Below, piece after piece: positions 60,053 to 64,000 of a stretch of DNA of 64,000 nt. Under the pieces are notes generated by a model. It was not told the DNA's origin, made no database searches, and was given only the letters and a program-made list of their open reading frames with translations. This DNA comes from Halocafeteria seosinensis (taxonomy: Eukaryota). Position 1 is the first letter of the stretch, and each line of letters starts with the position of its first letter. Made by a program: the position numbers and the translations under genes. The stretch is taken from assembly GCA_001687465.1 (NCBI GenBank), contig LVLI01000201.1:62001-126000 (forward strand), written 5' to 3'.

Positions 60053-61250
60053 ATAGCGTAGAGCTCCGTCGTTCTTCTCCATCTTGCGATGAGAGTCACG
60101 AGGAAAAGATCAGTGGCTCGACAGACAACTACGAGGCTCGCTTGTCAGCCAACGGAAGCCCGAGCGAGGCACCGAAGCCGCTTGCAGAAGGGGGTTCAAA
60201 GTACATTGAGAACCGTCGTGAGGAGGAGCAAAGCGGACCGAAAATAGATACTAGTCTGACAGCTGACACGCCAACGAGTAAGCCCTACATATTTTCATGT
60301 AAACGATTAGTCGGGTTGATCTTCGTGTATGCTTAGCAGACTCCTTTGACCCTTCGACTCCTTCGAGGAGTAGCTGTGCTACTCCATCCGGGCAAGTGAG
60401 AAGTCCCGGCTTTCGAGGTGATCCTGAACAAGAAACCAATAAACACTACGAGGGGATACAAGAAACAGCTCATGGTGCTCTGACTGTCACACAAAATATT
60501 GAGAGTTATCATCGACCCGATCTTGCCGGAGAAGGAAAGAAAGCACTCTCTTTCGTCGGACATGAAACTGGGGCAATTGTGGATGACCTTAATGGCGGCT
60601 CGTGTAATGATGCCTTTGCAGACAGAGCCATAGAACCGTTTCAAGAAGCAACTCGAGGACGAAAGGAAAAACGCCTCAAGCAACAAGATGTGGCTTCTTC
60701 TATTTCTCCAAAACGTCCCAAAAAAGCTATGGACCCCCTTCCGAGACGTGAAAGGGAGCGAAGAGCAGATGAAGTAGTACGCACAGCCTTATATCAGCAG
60801 TACAGAGATTACGATCATGAATCGATAAACGGACACGTTTTCCAGATTTTTGATCCCAACGGAACGAGGCAATGCGGGTTTATAACATGTATCAACTGCT
60901 GCACAGGTATTGTGCATATTATCGTCAACCATGAGGACATCGAACACCCTGTGGAAGAAAGCTTGAAGACTATTTTGCATACTCCAACGGGTGATAGTGA
61001 CAAGGCTGCGGACGTCATCAATGCCTATTTCGACGTCCCATGTAGGTCTCGGTTCTGGCGGGAGAGCGTTCCAGATATAAACCAAATATCACATGCAGTA
61101 AGTCTGCAGACAGGTAAGAGAGTTACGAATCTCAGCCATGCAGGTGCCCAGGGAGCCAAGCGAAATCGTGAAAGACAACTTCGAGACGGCAAGAAATATG
61201 TAAATCGAGGCCATCCACTATCTTCCCTCGATAAGACGAACAAAAAGTAA
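60053..61250 (+). CDS. Hypothetical protein with His/Cys motif (paralogue B); start codon not located
   Basis: 284-aa ORF plus an upstream exon joined in frame via intron 60278-60336. Basic NLS-like PKRPKK. Confidence 0.65.
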
Positions 61251-61583
61251 ATGCCATTGACAACATACACTTTTTTTTTAATGAACTTGGTCGTCGGGGG
61301 CTAAGTGTACCCATGTACTCAGCATTGCCAGGATCGGTGGTTCTTTGCACTTGTTGCCTGTGTAGTTGATTTGTCCATGACAACACAGGTGCTGGTGGTG
61401 CTCTAGATTCATATGTATACCACATATTGTTGATCTCTGTGATTACGATCCGACTCGCTTGAGTCATTCGGTCGCTGGTGGTTGTTCATCAGGATATGTA
61501 ACTACACGTCAGACTGTGTTGCCTCTCCCATCTTTGTTAAGTATTGAAAGCAACCAGAGTGGTGGTGGACGTCGGAGAGCACT

Positions 61584-62155
61584 ATGAGGAGTTTAATCCA
61601 TGCTGTATCGATGTAAGTTCTTGTGGGCTAACTAACCAGGCTGTGTAATGATTATGCACTACTGTACTTGCTCGAGTTGCAGACAATGCCGGAAAATTGC
61701 GGATAGGATAGCCCCATATCGAGCTCCACGATGGACCTGTTGCCTGGGGTTGTTGGCATTCTTCGCCTATCGAATCTATGTCCTACAAGGATTCGTTCTT
61801 GTCGCCTATGGACTGGGCCTTTATCTGCTGATTAACTTCCCGGGGCTATTACAACGACTACAGGTAGGCTAGCTTGGTACTGTAGGGCAATCAGTCATGT
61901 CTCACTGGCCGATATCGCATATTGCAGCCGCCGCATTCGGAAGCTTCGCCGATAGATAGCCCCTTTCCGGAGCAACTTTCCGAATTCGGCTACTGGCTTA
62001 GAGCGATCAGCGCCACACTTTTTTGCACGCTTATGACGCAGATTAAGGTTCTCGACATTCCAGTACCCTGGCAGGTTTTGGTCGGGTCCTTCCTTGTATT
62101 TCAGGTAGCTATTGGGGTTGCTATGGCTGTTGATCAAGCAACACGAAGAGGGTAG
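61584..62155 (+). CDS. RER1: Divergent Rer1-family ER-retrieval receptor
   Basis: D..AP....RW..RIYVLQGFVLVAYGLGLYLL; PF..QLSEFGYW..DIPVPWQVL. Introns 61613-61682 and 61864-61927 keep the frame open. Confidence 0.75.
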
Positions 62156-63433
62156 AGTGGAGTGGAGCCAGATCTGAGATCGTCTAGATCCTGGCACGAC
62201 GATTGGGAGACCCAGAACTCTACATTTGTTCGTCCTCAGAGATGATGTTTTTTGCTCGCAACAGATGTCCTGCGGGGATATTCATACGATGAAAGACTGT
62301 CAACGTGCCTATTTTCATTGCCATCTGACTCTGGCAAACGATTTGCATCTATCCATCCGCAACTGGGCGCAACGTTGATTCTGATCTCTGCCAGCGTACG
62401 ACAACGGGAGCCATGTTGGGAGTCTCAAGGAACCACAATGGATGGACAGGTAGCATGGAGATGGAATGAGCGTGTGGTCTTGTTGTATTCGAGGTGAATA
62501 CTAAGGTAATTCGACTGCCTGATGAATGTTTCAGCGCTGTCGCTCCAGATTTTCGACCCTTCTTTGGAAGACTGTCACGTTGCTCAACCATTGAGGCTAT
62601 TTGGAAGGTTGGAGAGTGCGTTGGGGAAAGCGTTTCCAATTATACATTGTTTCCTGCGGTCTCCGCAGCAAGTAGTTGTGCTTCGATATTGTATCCAAGT
62701 TGCGGACTATTCGACGCGTTCACTGATTTCGGCGGACATTGAGGAGACAAGCTACGACCATCCTCTCAAGTATGAATCGCTATTAAGTCTTATCTTGGGG
62801 TACCTGTCAGTCCGCAGAGGTGACCCTTGTGAAGTTGGAGATGGTGAACTTCACGATGTTGCTACAGTAGAATCAAACAAACTAACAGGATTGAAAGAGT
62901 CGACAACTCAAGCCTTACAAGAAAAAGAATAAATTCTTGAATCAGATAGTATATCTGAAAACAAGAAAAGACATTGATATTCATCAAAAAGTGCCGTAGA
63001 AACGGAGCCCTGTTTTGTCGCCTGGAATTTCCTTCAACGAAATCTACGATGGAATTCTCTGACATATCAGCAGGTAAGTGCTCCAGTCTTTTCATTCTAA
63101 TCCAAATATTTCCATGATATGAATGCGAGCTTTAGGAAATGGGCATGACATGAATAAATAAGAGTGTTTTCACATGCCCACGTTGAAGTTGCCCATTGAC
63201 CCCCCGCGGGTCAGGGTGAGCCACTGAGGAAGTGCAGGTCATCCTAGGAACGAAGGAGGGGCCAGTTATTGGGGATTCTCACTCTCATGATGCTACGGGA
63301 AGATAGGACACGCTCGTATAAAACATTGCCTTGTTGTCTCAAACTGCCCTGAGGTTGATATTACGTTTCCATTTATTGATGGAAACCCTGGCGTAACGCT
63401 TGAACTTCACATTCAATTTACTGTGTATGTGCC

Positions 63434-63790
63434 ATGCTCACAGACCCCTATTTCGCCTATCCTTTTGCTGTTGGTAGTGGGCTGGAGAAGCAATTTTCTG
63501 CTGAGCCGGATATTGATAGCTTCCTAGAAGAATGTGAATCCCCAACACATATGCTATTTGCGCGTCCAAGTCCGGAGTTTTTTGAGGGACCAGGCAGTCC
63601 AGGCGATTTTTGGAAAGGAACAACGGACGTTCTGTTTGACGATGGCATCAGGCCTCAACTAACCAAAGATGATATCCAAAGACTCTGGGACAAACTTCCC
63701 GTGGATGCTCCTGAAGAGGTGCAGGACGGACAAATAGACAGCCTGACGTCGTGCCCAGTAAACGGTATGTTACGTTTCTTGTCCTCGTAG
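63434..63790 (+). CDS. Hypothetical acidic protein exon, probably continuing beyond the window
   Basis: 118-aa ATG ORF with protein-like composition and a gtatgt donor near 63764. Confidence 0.35.
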   Translation: MLTDPYFAYPFAVGSGLEKQFSAEPDIDSFLEECESPTHMLFARPSPEFFEGPGSPGDFWKGTTDVLFDDGIRPQLTKDDIQRLWDKLPVDAPEEVQDGQIDSLTSCPVNGMLRFLSS

Positions 63791-64000
63791 TTGTCGAGAC
63801 CACAGATTATAATTTTATGTTTGGATCCCACATGGAACAGGCAACTCAGAACCAACTAGCACCGCGTCACCGACGAGTGTCAAGAGCAGCAGAACCAATG
63901 CCTCTCACCATGATGATCCTCGGCAGGAACCCTCTGAAGACCACAGTACGACCGAAACCCAAGAAACAGGAGGGGCTTTGGCTAAAGCGGCAGAAAATGT

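Noticed and set aside
62252..62932. Overlapping plus-strand ORFs suggestive of a decayed gene
   Set aside because: No recognisable family.
1..64000. tRNA, rRNA or snRNA genes
   Set aside because: No T-loop/cloverleaf or U1/U2/U5/U6 signature found by eye; an Infernal or tRNAscan run would be needed to exclude them.

Overview
Eukaryotic nuclear DNA: compact and gene-dense, standard code, short (~55-100 nt) GT-AG introns. The host is most plausibly a heterotrophic stramenopile, inferred from a stramenopile-type 'GKWT..E...L.CDPMR.SKK' protein plus a His-type gulonolactone oxidase. About 20 genes are supported. Recognisable ones: IDH3 catalytic subunit, a tandem pair of EF-hand MscS-like channels, WDR31, a RAP-domain protein, Derlin, TMEM69, GTF3C2-like, GULO/ALO and a divergent Rer1. 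Also present are a 2984-aa multi-GAF coiled-coil protein with a decayed partial copy at the window start, a frameshifted giant-virus-type GIY-YIG/zinc-knuckle gene, an ~18-repeat LRR protein and two Helitron helicase remnants. Most notable: (1) an in-frame fusion of a NifS/selenocysteine-lyase-type PLP enzyme to an intact AlaX tRNA-editing domain, with the junction inside one exon; (2) a probable PAXX (NHEJ) homologue visible only after splicing; (3) two divergently oriented paralogues sharing a His/Cys motif I cannot assign. No rRNA, tRNA or CRISPR seen. All assignments are motif recognition by eye; no searches were run, and splice models were read manually.
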